Source: Methylophaga frappieri (GTDB lineage Bacteria; Pseudomonadota; Gammaproteobacteria; Nitrosococcales; Methylophagaceae). Taken from it: 32,000 bases of DNA. Location: contig NC_017856.1 in NCBI RefSeq assembly GCF_000260965.1, positions 1,590,001 to 1,622,000 of the forward strand, read 5' to 3'. The translations under genes were made by a program, and so were the position numbers. Of this stretch, positions 7,828 through 16,206 are shown in pieces (positions within the stretch are counted from its first letter, which is position 1; each line of letters opens with the position of its first letter). Below the pieces are notes generated by a model. It was not told the DNA's origin and did no database searches. It was given only the letters and a program-made list of their open reading frames with translations.

Positions 7828-8256
7828 ATGGCGCAAAGATTTAATGCTCGGGGTTTTTGGCTACGTTTTTTATTTGCATTAATTTTGGTATTTGCAACAT
7901 TTAACCCTAGTGGCTTTAGTTACTATCATTGGGCCAGTGATATTATTGCTGACAGTTCGGTTTTTCTCACACCGCCCTTTGCACTCATCACCATTATTCT
8001 TTTGATTGGCTGGACAATATACTTGCGCGCCACCTTGCGGTCGTTAGGTGGCTTTGGACTCCTATTATCATTTGCTTTTTTTGCCATCATTATTTGGTGG
8101 CTGGTTGATCTGGGGCTGCTCAGCATTGATAAGTTTTCCGGCCTGACCTATATCGTTTTGTTTTTGACAGCGGCGGTTCTGTCGGTGGGCATGTCTTGGT
8201 CACATATCCGGCGACGCTTGTCGGGGCAAGCCGACATGGATGATGTTGACGAATAA
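7828..8256 (+). CDS. Small integral membrane protein (about 4 TM helices), unknown function, first gene of the apparent mod operon
   Basis: ATG 7828 has AAGAGG 7 nt upstream. The 142-aa hydrophobic protein has an acidic C-terminal tail (ADMDDVDE). Confidence 0.7.
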   Translation: MAQRFNARGFWLRFLFALILVFATFNPSGFSYYHWASDIIADSSVFLTPPFALITIILLIGWTIYLRATLRSLGGFGLLLSFAFFAIIIWWLVDLGLLSIDKFSGLTYIVLFLTAAVLSVGMSWSHIRRRLSGQADMDDVDE

Positions 8257-8304
8257 CATCAACCGTCCAAACTTGTTACAAAAACGCTCAGAAAAACCCG
8301 TCAC

Positions 8305-9060
8305 ATGCGTCACTTTATACTGAACTGTTTCTTGTTGTCGGTCTTGGTGTTTGCCCTGCCCGCGCAAGCGGAATCGCTACGTATTGCCGTTGCTACCAAT
8401 TTTTCACTCCCTCTGAAAGCGATTGCAGCACGCTTTGAGGCGAAACACCAACAACCTGTCATTGTGATAACGGGATCAACGGGTAAGCTTTATGCGCAAA
8501 TTATGAATGGCGCGCCCGTGGATATTTTTTTTGCTGCAGATGCAAATCGACCGGCCAAATTAGAACAAGAAAATCGTATTATCGCTGGTAGCCGGCGTAG
8601 TTATGCAATTGGCAGTTTAGTACTGTGGACGTTATCTACTGATTTCCCGCTAAATAGTCAGACACTTCAGCAGGATGATTTTCGTTATTTAGCCATAGCG
8701 AACCCCCACTTGGCTCCCTATGGACTCGCTGCACAACAGTTTCTTACGCAACAAGGCTTATGGAAAACGCTGCAAAAACGAATCGTTCGTGGTGAAAATA
8801 TTGGTCAGGCCTATCATTTTGTTAAAAGCGGTAATGCAGAGTATGGTTTAATCGCCTTGTCACAACTGCTACAGCCAGGTGCCCCTGATCAAGGCCACTA
8901 TTGGCTGATTCCAGCAGAAAGTCATGAACCTATCGTGCAGCAAGTGGTTAAACTCAACGATTCGCCATTAATCAGGCAGTTTATGCAGTTTTTTTATCAA
9001 CCTGAGAGTCAGGCCTTGATTCAACGTTATGGTTATCAAACCCCCGATGCTGACGAGTGA
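8305..9060 (+). CDS. modA: Molybdate ABC transporter, periplasmic substrate-binding protein
   Basis: It has a signal peptide ending AQA/E. The ModA-type sequence is LRIAVATNF...ITGSTGKLYAQIMNGAPVDIFFAADANRP. modB and modC follow. Confidence 0.9.
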   Translation: MRHFILNCFLLSVLVFALPAQAESLRIAVATNFSLPLKAIAARFEAKHQQPVIVITGSTGKLYAQIMNGAPVDIFFAADANRPAKLEQENRIIAGSRRSYAIGSLVLWTLSTDFPLNSQTLQQDDFRYLAIANPHLAPYGLAAQQFLTQQGLWKTLQKRIVRGENIGQAYHFVKSGNAEYGLIALSQLLQPGAPDQGHYWLIPAESHEPIVQQVVKLNDSPLIRQFMQFFYQPESQALIQRYGYQTPDADE

Positions 9061-9724
9061 TTTGATTGCATTATGGGTGACCTTCAAGTTGGCTGCCGTC
9101 ACAACTGTATTGCTGCTGATAATCAGTACGCCGCTGGCATGGTGGCTGGCTCGCAGTCAGTGGCGCTATAAGTTCGTCATTGAGGCCATTATTGCGTTAC
9201 CTCTGATTCTGCCGCCTACTGTACTGGGCTTTTATTTATTGATTATGTTGGGCCCAAACGGCCCCATAGGTGGATTAACAACGACACTGGGGGGAACGCC
9301 CCTCGCTTTTACCTTTACTGGGCTGGTTATTGGTTCTGTGTTTTATTCATTGCCGTTTGTGGTTCAGCCTTTACAAAATGTATTTAATGGCATTGGTACA
9401 AACGTCCTAGATCAAGCTGCCACTTTACGCGCCGGGCCAGTTGATCGATTCTTCAGCGTCATTTTTCCACTCACCAAACCAGGGTTTCTGACCGCGACAG
9501 TACTGGGTTTTGCCCATACTATCGGCGAATTTGGAGTTGTGTTGATGATTGGTGGCAATATTCCAGGCAGCACGCAAGTGGTGTCTATCGCCATCTATGA
9601 TCATGTGGAATCACTAAATTACACTTCAGCGCATACCTTATCCGCACTATTGCTGATCCTGTCTTTGATTATGTTACTGACGGTTTATGGCCTTAATCGG
9701 CGTTTCAGTGTGTTGCGAACATGA
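9047..9724 (+). CDS. modB: Molybdate ABC transporter permease
   Basis: Multi-TM protein with an ABC permease EAA-like loop (LDQAATLRAGPVDRFFSVIFPL). ATG 9047 (MLTSDL...) is preferred over ATG 9029. It overlaps the modA end. Confidence 0.9.
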   Translation: MLTSDLIALWVTFKLAAVTTVLLLIISTPLAWWLARSQWRYKFVIEAIIALPLILPPTVLGFYLLIMLGPNGPIGGLTTTLGGTPLAFTFTGLVIGSVFYSLPFVVQPLQNVFNGIGTNVLDQAATLRAGPVDRFFSVIFPLTKPGFLTATVLGFAHTIGEFGVVLMIGGNIPGSTQVVSIAIYDHVESLNYTSAHTLSALLLILSLIMLLTVYGLNRRFSVLRT

Positions 9725-10785
9725 GTTTACAGACAACCCTCAACATTCCGCGCGAAGATTTCACCGTGGATCTTGATTTAACCGTTGCAACGGGCAAAGT
9801 TAGCGCTATTTTTGGCCCATCTGGCAGTGGCAAAACCACTATTTTAAGGAGCATTGCCGGTCTCGAAAAAAATGTCACCGGCCGGATACAAGTCCATAAT
9901 GAAATCTGGCTCAGTGATACGGTTTGCCTGCCCGCACATCAGCGCCGTATCGGCTTTGTTTTTCAGGATGCCGGTTTACTTCCCCACCTGACTGTAGAAG
10001 AAAACATTCGGTTTGGTCTGAAGCGACTACCTGTCTCACAACGCCGATCTTCTTTTGACGATACTATTGCACTACTCAGACTCTCCTCAATGCTGTCGCG
10101 GCGTATACAGACGCTTTCTGGTGGCGAACGCCAACGTGTCGCCTTGGCAAGAGCCATTATGACATCACCGTCAGTGCTATTATTGGATGAGCCGCTTGCC
10201 GCAGTGGATGAAGCCCATAAGGCTGAAATTCTGAGTTATATTGAAATGTTTCAGCGTCAACTGAAAATAACCATGCTTTACGTCAGTCATGATTTAGCTG
10301 AGGTCGCCCGCCTGAGCGATAACATTATGCTGATAGATCATGGACGGTCTATCGCTTATGGCTCAAGTCAGACGATTCTCACCTCATTGGACTCGCCCTT
10401 GGCCAGAGCAGATAATGCCGCTGCCATTATTAATACCCTTGTTATCAGTCATGATTCGCAATATGGGTTATCGCGTCTGCAATTTGGTGATGACGATTTT
10501 TTTATCACAAAGCTGTTAGCCATTGGCACCGCAGTTCGCTTGCGAATCAATGCAACGGATGTAAGCATCAGCCTTACCCGCCCTATCAACAGCAGTATTT
10601 TAAATAGCTTTTCGGTGCGGATTACTGATATCCGGCCCGTTTCTGATGCGCAGGTTTTACTGCGCCTTCAGATCGGGACAACGTATCTTCTCAGTCGCAT
10701 CACAAAAAAATCCGCCGATCAGCTTAATTGCCAGATTGGACAATCCGTTTATGCGCAGGTAAAAGCCGTTTCCATCATTCAATAA
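9721..10785 (+). CDS. modC: Molybdate ABC transporter ATP-binding protein with a C-terminal TOBE/Mop-like domain
   Basis: Walker A is GPSGSGKTT, the signature is LSGGERQRV and Walker B is LLLDEP. There is an ATGA overlap with modB. Confidence 0.9.
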   Translation: MSLQTTLNIPREDFTVDLDLTVATGKVSAIFGPSGSGKTTILRSIAGLEKNVTGRIQVHNEIWLSDTVCLPAHQRRIGFVFQDAGLLPHLTVEENIRFGLKRLPVSQRRSSFDDTIALLRLSSMLSRRIQTLSGGERQRVALARAIMTSPSVLLLDEPLAAVDEAHKAEILSYIEMFQRQLKITMLYVSHDLAEVARLSDNIMLIDHGRSIAYGSSQTILTSLDSPLARADNAAAIINTLVISHDSQYGLSRLQFGDDDFFITKLLAIGTAVRLRINATDVSISLTRPINSSILNSFSVRITDIRPVSDAQVLLRLQIGTTYLLSRITKKSADQLNCQIGQSVYAQVKAVSIIQ

Positions 10786-10786
10786 T

Positions 10787-10811
10787 CATGCTGACATTGT
10801 CAGCTAGCATG
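10787..10811. terminator. Imperfect palindrome between convergent modC and sixA (core GCTGACA-T-TGTCAGC)
   Basis: It starts 2 nt after the modC stop and covers the sixA stop codon. There are no flanking T-runs, so terminator function is uncertain. Confidence 0.25.
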
Positions 10812-11303
10812 TTTGACTTGATATAACCGCAATGGCGAACTGCCTAGTCTCGACCAAGCGTCATCCAATGTCATCACTGCCAAACTGGCAGGCTGCAAAA
10901 GACTCTCCAGCATCGTTCCCCCTGTCAGTAGTCGTAATGACTCACTCAGCCCCGGATTATGACCAACGAGTATCACAGTCTGAACCGTATCCGGTAACTG
11001 CCGAAGACTCCCGATCAAACTGGTCGGTTCAGCTAAATAGAGAGAAATTGGACTCACTGAGGCACGAGGGTGACATCGTAAACGATGACTGACAATATCA
11101 GCAGTTTGCTGGGTTCGCAGTGCCGGTGAAACTAACCAGTAGTCGGGCTTACCGACATGACTTCCTAACCAGTCAGCGATTTGTCGACATTGATCTTCCC
11201 CCATACGGGTCAAAGGACGGTCAATATCAGCATAGTGGCTATTGTTGCTAGCTTTGCCATGCCGCATCAACAACAAGGTTTTTCGAGAACTTGGCGTTGC
11301 CAT
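10800..11303 (-). CDS. sixA: Phosphohistidine phosphatase SixA (histidine phosphatase superfamily)
   Basis: It has the LLLMRHGKA catalytic motif, VILVGHNPGLS, and a size of ~167 aa. Confidence 0.8.
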   Translation of the reverse strand: MATPSSRKTLLLMRHGKASNNSHYADIDRPLTRMGEDQCRQIADWLGSHVGKPDYWLVSPALRTQQTADIVSHRLRCHPRASVSPISLYLAEPTSLIGSLRQLPDTVQTVILVGHNPGLSESLRLLTGGTMLESLLQPASLAVMTLDDAWSRLGSSPLRLYQVKHAS

Positions 11304-11310
11304 AAAGAAA

Positions 11311-11339
11311 ATCAGCAGAGCAAGATCTGCTCTGCTGAT
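11311..11339 (-). terminator. Rho-independent terminator downstream of gnd
   Basis: An 11-bp stem ATCAGCAGAGC/GCTCTGCTGAT is followed on the minus strand by TTTCTTT. It lies 15 nt after the gnd stop and 7 nt before the sixA ATG. Confidence 0.65.
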
Positions 11340-11354
11340 GATTTAGCCTAAATT

Positions 11355-12815
11355 TTACACATCGTAGGTTGAGGCAGACACATCTCCGCCACGTCCTGTC
11401 CAGTTGGTGTGGAAAAATTCGCCACGTGGCTTGTCCAGACGCTCATAAGTGTGCGCCCCAAAATAATCACGCTGTGCTTGCAACAGGTTTGCCGGTAAGC
11501 GAGCACTACGATAACCATCATAAAAAGACAAGGCACTCGAGAAGCTGGGTACCGGTACCCCAAGGCTAATCGCGGTACCAACCGCTTTACGCCAACCTGG
11601 TAAGGCTTCCGTAATTGCGTTGATAAAGAAATCATCCATCAACAGATTTTGCAAAGAGGGATCGCGATCAAACGCATCCCGAATATTACTGAGGAAACGG
11701 CTGCGAATAATACAACCACCACGCCACATCAACGCGATGCCACCATAATTCAGCTCCCACCCATAGGTTGCAGCAGCTTCACGCATTAACATGTAGCCTT
11801 GGGCATAAGAAATAATTTTCGAGGCATATAAGGCATCTCGAATGGCATCCACCATTTCTTGGGTATCACCTTCAAACTTGGCTGCCAAAGCAGGAAGTTT
11901 TTCCGAGGCGGCGACACGCTCTTCTTTCTGTGCAGACAAGCACCGTGCAAAAACGGCCTCACCAATCAAGGTCAGTGGAATACCCAGATCCAAGGCATTC
12001 ATACCCGTCCATTTGCCCGTCCCTTTCTGACCGGCAGTGTCTAAAATGTGGTCAATCAGCAAACTGCCATCCGGCTCTTTAACCGTCAGGATATCCCGGG
12101 TAATTTCGATAAGATAAGAGTCCAAGACACCGGTATTCCACTCTGCAAAGACCTGTTGAATCTCATCACCTGACATGCCGAGACCTTCGCGCATCATCTG
12201 GTAGGCTTCGCAAATTAATTGCATATCGCCATATTCAATACCGTTATGTACCATTTTGACATAATGACCAGCACCGTCATTACCAACCCAATCACAACAA
12301 GGTTCACCGTCAACCTGTGCAGCAATAGACTGGAAAATCGGTTTAATTGCGGGCCAGGCCGCATTATTGCCACCCGGCATCAAGGAAGGCCCAAACCGAG
12401 CACCTTCTTCACCGCCTGAAACACCACTACCAATGAATAAAATGCCTTTTTTGTGTAGCTCATGGGTGCGCCGATCACTGTCATTGAATAACGAATTACC
12501 GCCATCAATAATAATATCGCCTTTGTCGAGGTAAGGAACGAGTTGCTCAATAAACTGATCCACAACAGGACCAGCCTTCACCATCAACATCACCCGGCGT
12601 GGCGCTTTCAGCGTTTCCACGAAACTTTTCAGGTCATGACAACCGATAATATTGGTGTCTTTGGCCGGTCCGTTAATAAACTCATCAACCTTGCTGGTTG
12701 TCCGGTTATAAACTGCTACTGTGAAGCCCTTATCATTCATGTTTAATACAAGGTTCTGCCCCATGACGGCCAGACCAACCAGGCCAATATCAGCCTTTTT
12801 CTCCATTACTGTCAT
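11355..12815 (-). CDS. gnd: 6-phosphogluconate dehydrogenase, decarboxylating
   Basis: 486 aa. The N-terminal Rossmann motif is [17 protein letters not shown], with full-length Gnd-type sequence ([22 protein letters not shown]). Confidence 0.95.
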   Translation of the reverse strand: MTVMEKKADIGLVGLAVMGQNLVLNMNDKGFTVAVYNRTTSKVDEFINGPAKDTNIIGCHDLKSFVETLKAPRRVMLMVKAGPVVDQFIEQLVPYLDKGDIIIDGGNSLFNDSDRRTHELHKKGILFIGSGVSGGEEGARFGPSLMPGGNNAAWPAIKPIFQSIAAQVDGEPCCDWVGNDGAGHYVKMVHNGIEYGDMQLICEAYQMMREGLGMSGDEIQQVFAEWNTGVLDSYLIEITRDILTVKEPDGSLLIDHILDTAGQKGTGKWTGMNALDLGIPLTLIGEAVFARCLSAQKEERVAASEKLPALAAKFEGDTQEMVDAIRDALYASKIISYAQGYMLMREAAATYGWELNYGGIALMWRGGCIIRSRFLSNIRDAFDRDPSLQNLLMDDFFINAITEALPGWRKAVGTAISLGVPVPSFSSALSFYDGYRSARLPANLLQAQRDYFGAHTYERLDKPRGEFFHTNWTGRGGDVSASTYDV

Positions 12816-13801
12816 AATTTCGTTATCACCTTTATATATTCACCATCGGCTTCGCGCGATGACCCCACAACAATCCGGCAGTTTCCCGCATTGTCACACT
12901 CCACCGCTCCCGCCACCTCAATTATCTCTCCAGCAAACGCTTGTCCAACATACGTATGCGTAAAACATATCACCTCCGGTGTTCTGGGGTGATCAACGCT
13001 GTAACGGGCCGGAAAATCAAATGCATTTTGATCATCAATCACCCGGGCCCGAGTCACCTGGCTGCCACACTTCATGAAATGCCGATGTTCCGGCTCCAGT
13101 TCTGACTCAAAACAGACCATGCCAATATCAAACTTGCTGCCGTCCAGCATGGCTTTATTAAATTTGCGCTGCTCATGCCAGGCGAAATCATCAAAGTTTA
13201 ATGAACTTTGTCGTCGCTCATAATTAGCGTGCATCAATGTCTCATCCAAGAGCTTTAGCGTACCGTTTGCCACGCTCTCTTTCACCACCTGTCTGACTTG
13301 GTGAAAGTTGTCTCTACCATAAACCACAAAATCAATATCAGAATCCGGGCCATGATTATCGATCAACACGGAACCCGTTACACCCAATTTGTCTGACGCA
13401 ATACCCGCCGCACAAAATAGTGCCGTCAATCGTTGCAGTTTATCAGTCAATTGGTCTTGAGACAGCATTGTCATCAATTCGGCAAGTTTACTTTCAGGTC
13501 GATAATGCCGGACGACATTGTCCGGTCTAACGGCATGAAAAGCCGCATCAAACTGCGCAGATTGATACAGATAGTCAGGATAGTGTCTTTCCAGCAATCG
13601 ATTTGCCGTGTCTGTATCGACTTTCTGCCAACGTCCATCTTGCTTAACATATCGCAAAAAACAACCAATATGCTGCTGATGGGGATGATAGGAAATGACC
13701 GCAAACACCAGCCCTTCATCGGTTTCGATGAAATCTTTGGGCAAATACGGAAAGTCGGTCTGACGCAAAATTTCCTCCTCAATACCGACATCATGACACA
13801 A
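12812..13801 (-). CDS. Uncharacterised Pol-beta-superfamily nucleotidyltransferase with unknown N-terminal and beta-rich (possibly OB-like) C-terminal regions
   Basis: The minimal NTase motif GS-x10-DxD ([21 protein letters not shown]) lies at nt 13331-13375. The longest ORF starts at TTG 13801. TTG 13768 is the more likely start, because a strong GAGGAGG lies 5 nt upstream. The stop overlaps the gnd start (ATGA, 12812-12815). Confidence 0.7.
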   Translation of the reverse strand: MCHDVGIEEEILRQTDFPYLPKDFIETDEGLVFAVISYHPHQQHIGCFLRYVKQDGRWQKVDTDTANRLLERHYPDYLYQSAQFDAAFHAVRPDNVVRHYRPESKLAELMTMLSQDQLTDKLQRLTALFCAAGIASDKLGVTGSVLIDNHGPDSDIDFVVYGRDNFHQVRQVVKESVANGTLKLLDETLMHANYERRQSSLNFDDFAWHEQRKFNKAMLDGSKFDIGMVCFESELEPEHRHFMKCGSQVTRARVIDDQNAFDFPARYSVDHPRTPEVICFTHTYVGQAFAGEIIEVAGAVECDNAGNCRIVVGSSREADGEYIKVITKL

Positions 13802-13802
13802 T

Positions 13803-14699
13803 TTAGCGGCGCTGAAACTTACCTGCTAATCCAAACATACCATGGAAGGCAATGACGATTAGCAAGAGCAGCCATACATCAATGAAAAATCTGGCAATAC
13901 CATTGAACAATTGCCCCGTATGCAAGTCGGTGAGCACGCGATTAATCGGAATACCATCACCGTACAATTGAACTTCCATCGCTTTACGACTGGCTGAAGA
14001 CATGGTTTCAGGCTGACTCCAACTGACCCCTTGTAAAGACATCAACTCCCACTGATCGAGAAGAAAGTTACCGCGCCACATGCCCGTGTAGGTCTGCAGC
14101 ACCGGTTCGCTGTAATGCACCCCAATATTTTGGATTTGTGGCGGAATACCGGCAGCAGCGCCAAGCGTATCCAGATACTCGCCTTCTTTATTAAGCAAGA
14201 TCAATGCATCATCTGTTGCCAGCACGAGCAGATCTTCCAACGCGACAGCACCGACCAGTGGTCTGGGTAAATTCAATAAGGGCTGCGCATTGACGTAGAG
14301 CTTTTCATTAACGCCGACAATGACGTGCCCCGCCAAGACATAGGCTTTATCTGCCTGCAGTTCACCCACCTGATAATGCTGCTTGAGCCAGGCAGTGCTG
14401 ATTTTCACTTTGTCGAGACCAAGGAAACTCTGATGGTTTAACAGAATCGCACTACCCAGCCAGAACACGATCAGCAGGCCAGTCATTAAAAGCAGCAACC
14501 ACTTGAGCAGCGATGAAGCCAATATTTTCATTAGGGCGTTAGATGTTAAGGCTTGTTGTTGAACAGCCATTTTACCGAATCTGGAGAGAAAAGACAGGAA
14601 ACAGAGCACCGTTTTACTATACAAAAACGCCATATTCTGTTCCGTCACTGTGCTCAATTGCCTAGCCTTATTTAATACATGCAAACCCAGTCTGCTCAA
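13803..14699 (-). CDS. Membrane protein with an N-terminal TM helix, a ~200-aa periplasmic region and a C-terminal PepSY-associated-TM-like helix
   Basis: The C-terminal motif is DLHTGQLFNGIARFFIDVWLLLLIVIAFHGMFGL. The start is ambiguous (14699, 14633, 14570 or 14531; MKILASSLLKWLLLLMTGLL at 14531 gives a typical N-terminus). The stop lies 1 nt from the longest NTase ORF. Confidence 0.65.
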   Translation of the reverse strand: MSRLGLHVLNKARQLSTVTEQNMAFLYSKTVLCFLSFLSRFGKMAVQQQALTSNALMKILASSLLKWLLLLMTGLLIVFWLGSAILLNHQSFLGLDKVKISTAWLKQHYQVGELQADKAYVLAGHVIVGVNEKLYVNAQPLLNLPRPLVGAVALEDLLVLATDDALILLNKEGEYLDTLGAAAGIPPQIQNIGVHYSEPVLQTYTGMWRGNFLLDQWELMSLQGVSWSQPETMSSASRKAMEVQLYGDGIPINRVLTDLHTGQLFNGIARFFIDVWLLLLIVIAFHGMFGLAGKFQRR

Positions 14700-14793
14700 T
14701 TATCAGCGTTACATGCGCCCCCAAACGCGTCAATCGAAGTAGATAATCGCTCGGCTTTCGAGACAACATTAGGCTTACGCCCAGCTGATCAGA

Positions 14794-14832
14794 CGTGCCG
14801 GTTGGAGCGGTTACAGCAAAACAGCCGGCACG
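14794..14832 (-). other. Stem-loop (8-bp stem CGTGCCGG/CCGGCACG, 23-nt loop) 10 nt downstream of the three-small-gene operon
   Basis: The inverted repeat was read directly. No T-run follows on the minus strand, so it is a weak terminator candidate. Confidence 0.25.
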
Positions 14833-14841
14833 AAGGAATCA

Positions 14842-15069
14842 TTACATGACGTACTGTGCCGGCTGATGGGTGGTGGCCACTTCACGTTGCCGTAGACTGA
14901 ACATGGCCTTGCTGATATCAATGGCATAGTTGGCAAATTGTTGTTCTGACATTCGCAATGTTAACGCACCCATATTCAGGTGAACCATTTGACAATCGGC
15001 ACAATACTGCACCTCACAACCCGGTGAACTAAAAATTGTTTCCGGACGACAACTATTCGTTGCAGCCAT
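14842..15069 (-). CDS. Small orphan protein (75 aa) with a CX11CX4CX2C motif, third gene of the small-ORF operon
   Basis: ATG 15069 is preceded by a consensus SD (TAAGGAGAAATGA-ATG, with AAGGAG 6 nt upstream). The four Cys lie in the first 26 residues. No family recognised. Confidence 0.6.
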   Translation of the reverse strand: MAATNSCRPETIFSSPGCEVQYCADCQMVHLNMGALTLRMSEQQFANYAIDISKAMFSLRQREVATTHQPAQYVM

Positions 15070-15079
15070 TCATTTCTCC

Positions 15080-15337
15080 TTACAAGGACATTTCATAGGT
15101 TTCGCAATTGAGTCGCGATCCCCGATGTAATTGATAACTCAACCACCAGCGTCGAGAAAGTGACTGCCACAACCGTTGTTTTAACGGATGCGCATCCATT
15201 TCGGTCAATAACCGGTAGTTACGTGAAATTTGTAATGCCAGACAGGCACTGGCTTGTTGGCGGTAGCGTGTTTCCAATTCTGTTATGGCTGCCTGCATCA
15301 CTTCACAGCTCCATGCTGGCTCGTTTAACACCGACAT
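15080..15337 (-). CDS. Small orphan protein (85 aa), predicted helical, second gene of the small-ORF operon
   Basis: Its ATG lies 2 nt after the stop of the upstream 61-aa ORF (TAA-TC-ATG). Its own stop is embedded in the SD of the next ORF. Confidence 0.5.
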   Translation of the reverse strand: MSVLNEPAWSCEVMQAAITELETRYRQQASACLALQISRNYRLLTEMDAHPLKQRLWQSLSRRWWLSYQLHRGSRLNCETYEMSL

Positions 15338-15339
15338 GA

Positions 15340-15525
15340 TTACATCTCGGTGCGGCGTGCAGCAGCAGAAAGCAACATACTCCAGACACTTCGTTTAGAA
15401 GAAGCATCTAAGCAATTAAAATCAGCGGCGTGCAGCTTACCTTGACGGATAAGCGCCTCTAACCTATCTGGACGAAAAGCCAGGCGCACGGCCTGACGTT
15501 TACGAAATACATTTCGAAACGGCAT
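15340..15525 (-). CDS. Small basic orphan protein (61 aa), first gene of the small-ORF operon
   Basis: The ATG has GAGGG 8 nt upstream and lies ~40 nt downstream of the predicted -10. The N-terminus is Arg/Lys-rich. Confidence 0.5.
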   Translation of the reverse strand: MPFRNVFRKRQAVRLAFRPDRLEALIRQGKLHAADFNCLDASSKRSVWSMLLSAAARRTEM

Positions 15526-15565
15526 AAGATTGACCCTCAGCGATCGGCACTCAACATGGAGATTG

Positions 15566-15607
15566 AGTATAGATCACCAGATAATCTAAATGCAAATCAT
15601 TTTCATT
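15566..15607 (-). promoter_or_regulatory. Sigma70-like promoter (minus strand: TTGCAT 15590-15595, 18-nt spacer, TATACT 15566-15571) overlapped by a Fur-box-like sequence (15580-15607)
   Basis: CTAAATGCAAATCATTTTC (15586-15604) matches the 19-bp Fur consensus GATAATGATAATCATTATC at 13/19 positions. It is flanked by GATAAT (15580-15585). The site covers the -35 and the spacer. Confidence 0.5.
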
Positions 15608-15638
15608 TGTGAGGTAAAGACCGTTAAATTCCGGTCAT

Positions 15639-16154
15639 TTAAGGCGAAAAAGAACCCGTACCGTAGTAACCATATCCAGCAAACGGTAAATCATGTTTTG
15701 GATTATAAGGTCTGCGTCTATCCGCATATTTTTCGGGCCAGACTTTCGCGTTTTTAAGTACCACTAACGGAACGCTTAATGTTTTCTGATCAATAGTGAT
15801 ATGCCTGATCGCTGACACGCTTCCGGTGACGGTAATTAAGGTATCCGGAGCATAAATGAGAGGATCCAGAAATCCGTCTGACTCGACCACAAATCGACCC
15901 GCACTGGATTGCGTGGTAAGGGGTTTGCCATCAGGACTTAATGGAAACGCCACAATAGTCAGTGTTGCACCATCCGGTTTGTTGCTGATATCGACAATCA
16001 CACCACCCCAAAGAATCGGGGCTTGCAAGTTACTGTCTGGTGAATTCAGCACATCATTTAATGAGATATCCTGCGCTCTGGGCTGCCAGGGATTTGCTGG
16101 TTGCATCGCACAACCAGCCAAAGCAAAACTCAGCAGTAACATCAATAATCGCAT
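15639..16154 (-). CDS. slp: Slp-family outer-membrane lipoprotein
   Basis: The lipobox is LAG|C. The Slp-type core is ILWGGVIV...GRFVVESDGFLDPLIY...VWPE. The SD is AGGAAA. Confidence 0.75.
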   Translation of the reverse strand: MRLLMLLLSFALAGCAMQPANPWQPRAQDISLNDVLNSPDSNLQAPILWGGVIVDISNKPDGATLTIVAFPLSPDGKPLTTQSSAGRFVVESDGFLDPLIYAPDTLITVTGSVSAIRHITIDQKTLSVPLVVLKNAKVWPEKYADRRRPYNPKHDLPFAGYGYYGTGSFSP

Positions 16155-16206
16155 GTCCGTTTTCCTTTTAACCCGCTAAGCTCGCCCTCTAGCAGCCGAA
16201 GAAGGG

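Noticed and set aside
12812-13801. The nucleotidyltransferase as a CBASS-type CD-NTase, with the neighbouring membrane protein as effector
   Set aside because: The GS-x10-DxD motif is generic to the Pol-beta superfamily. I see no cGAS/DncV-like GS...GT pattern, no Cap2/Cap3 or known effector domains, and the gene is translationally coupled to gnd. This cannot be supported from sequence alone.
13433-13855. 140-aa + strand ORF and 106-aa minus alternative-frame ORF (13474..13794) overlapping the NTase gene
   Set aside because: These are shadow frames inside a gene with a clear catalytic motif, and neither has translation signals.
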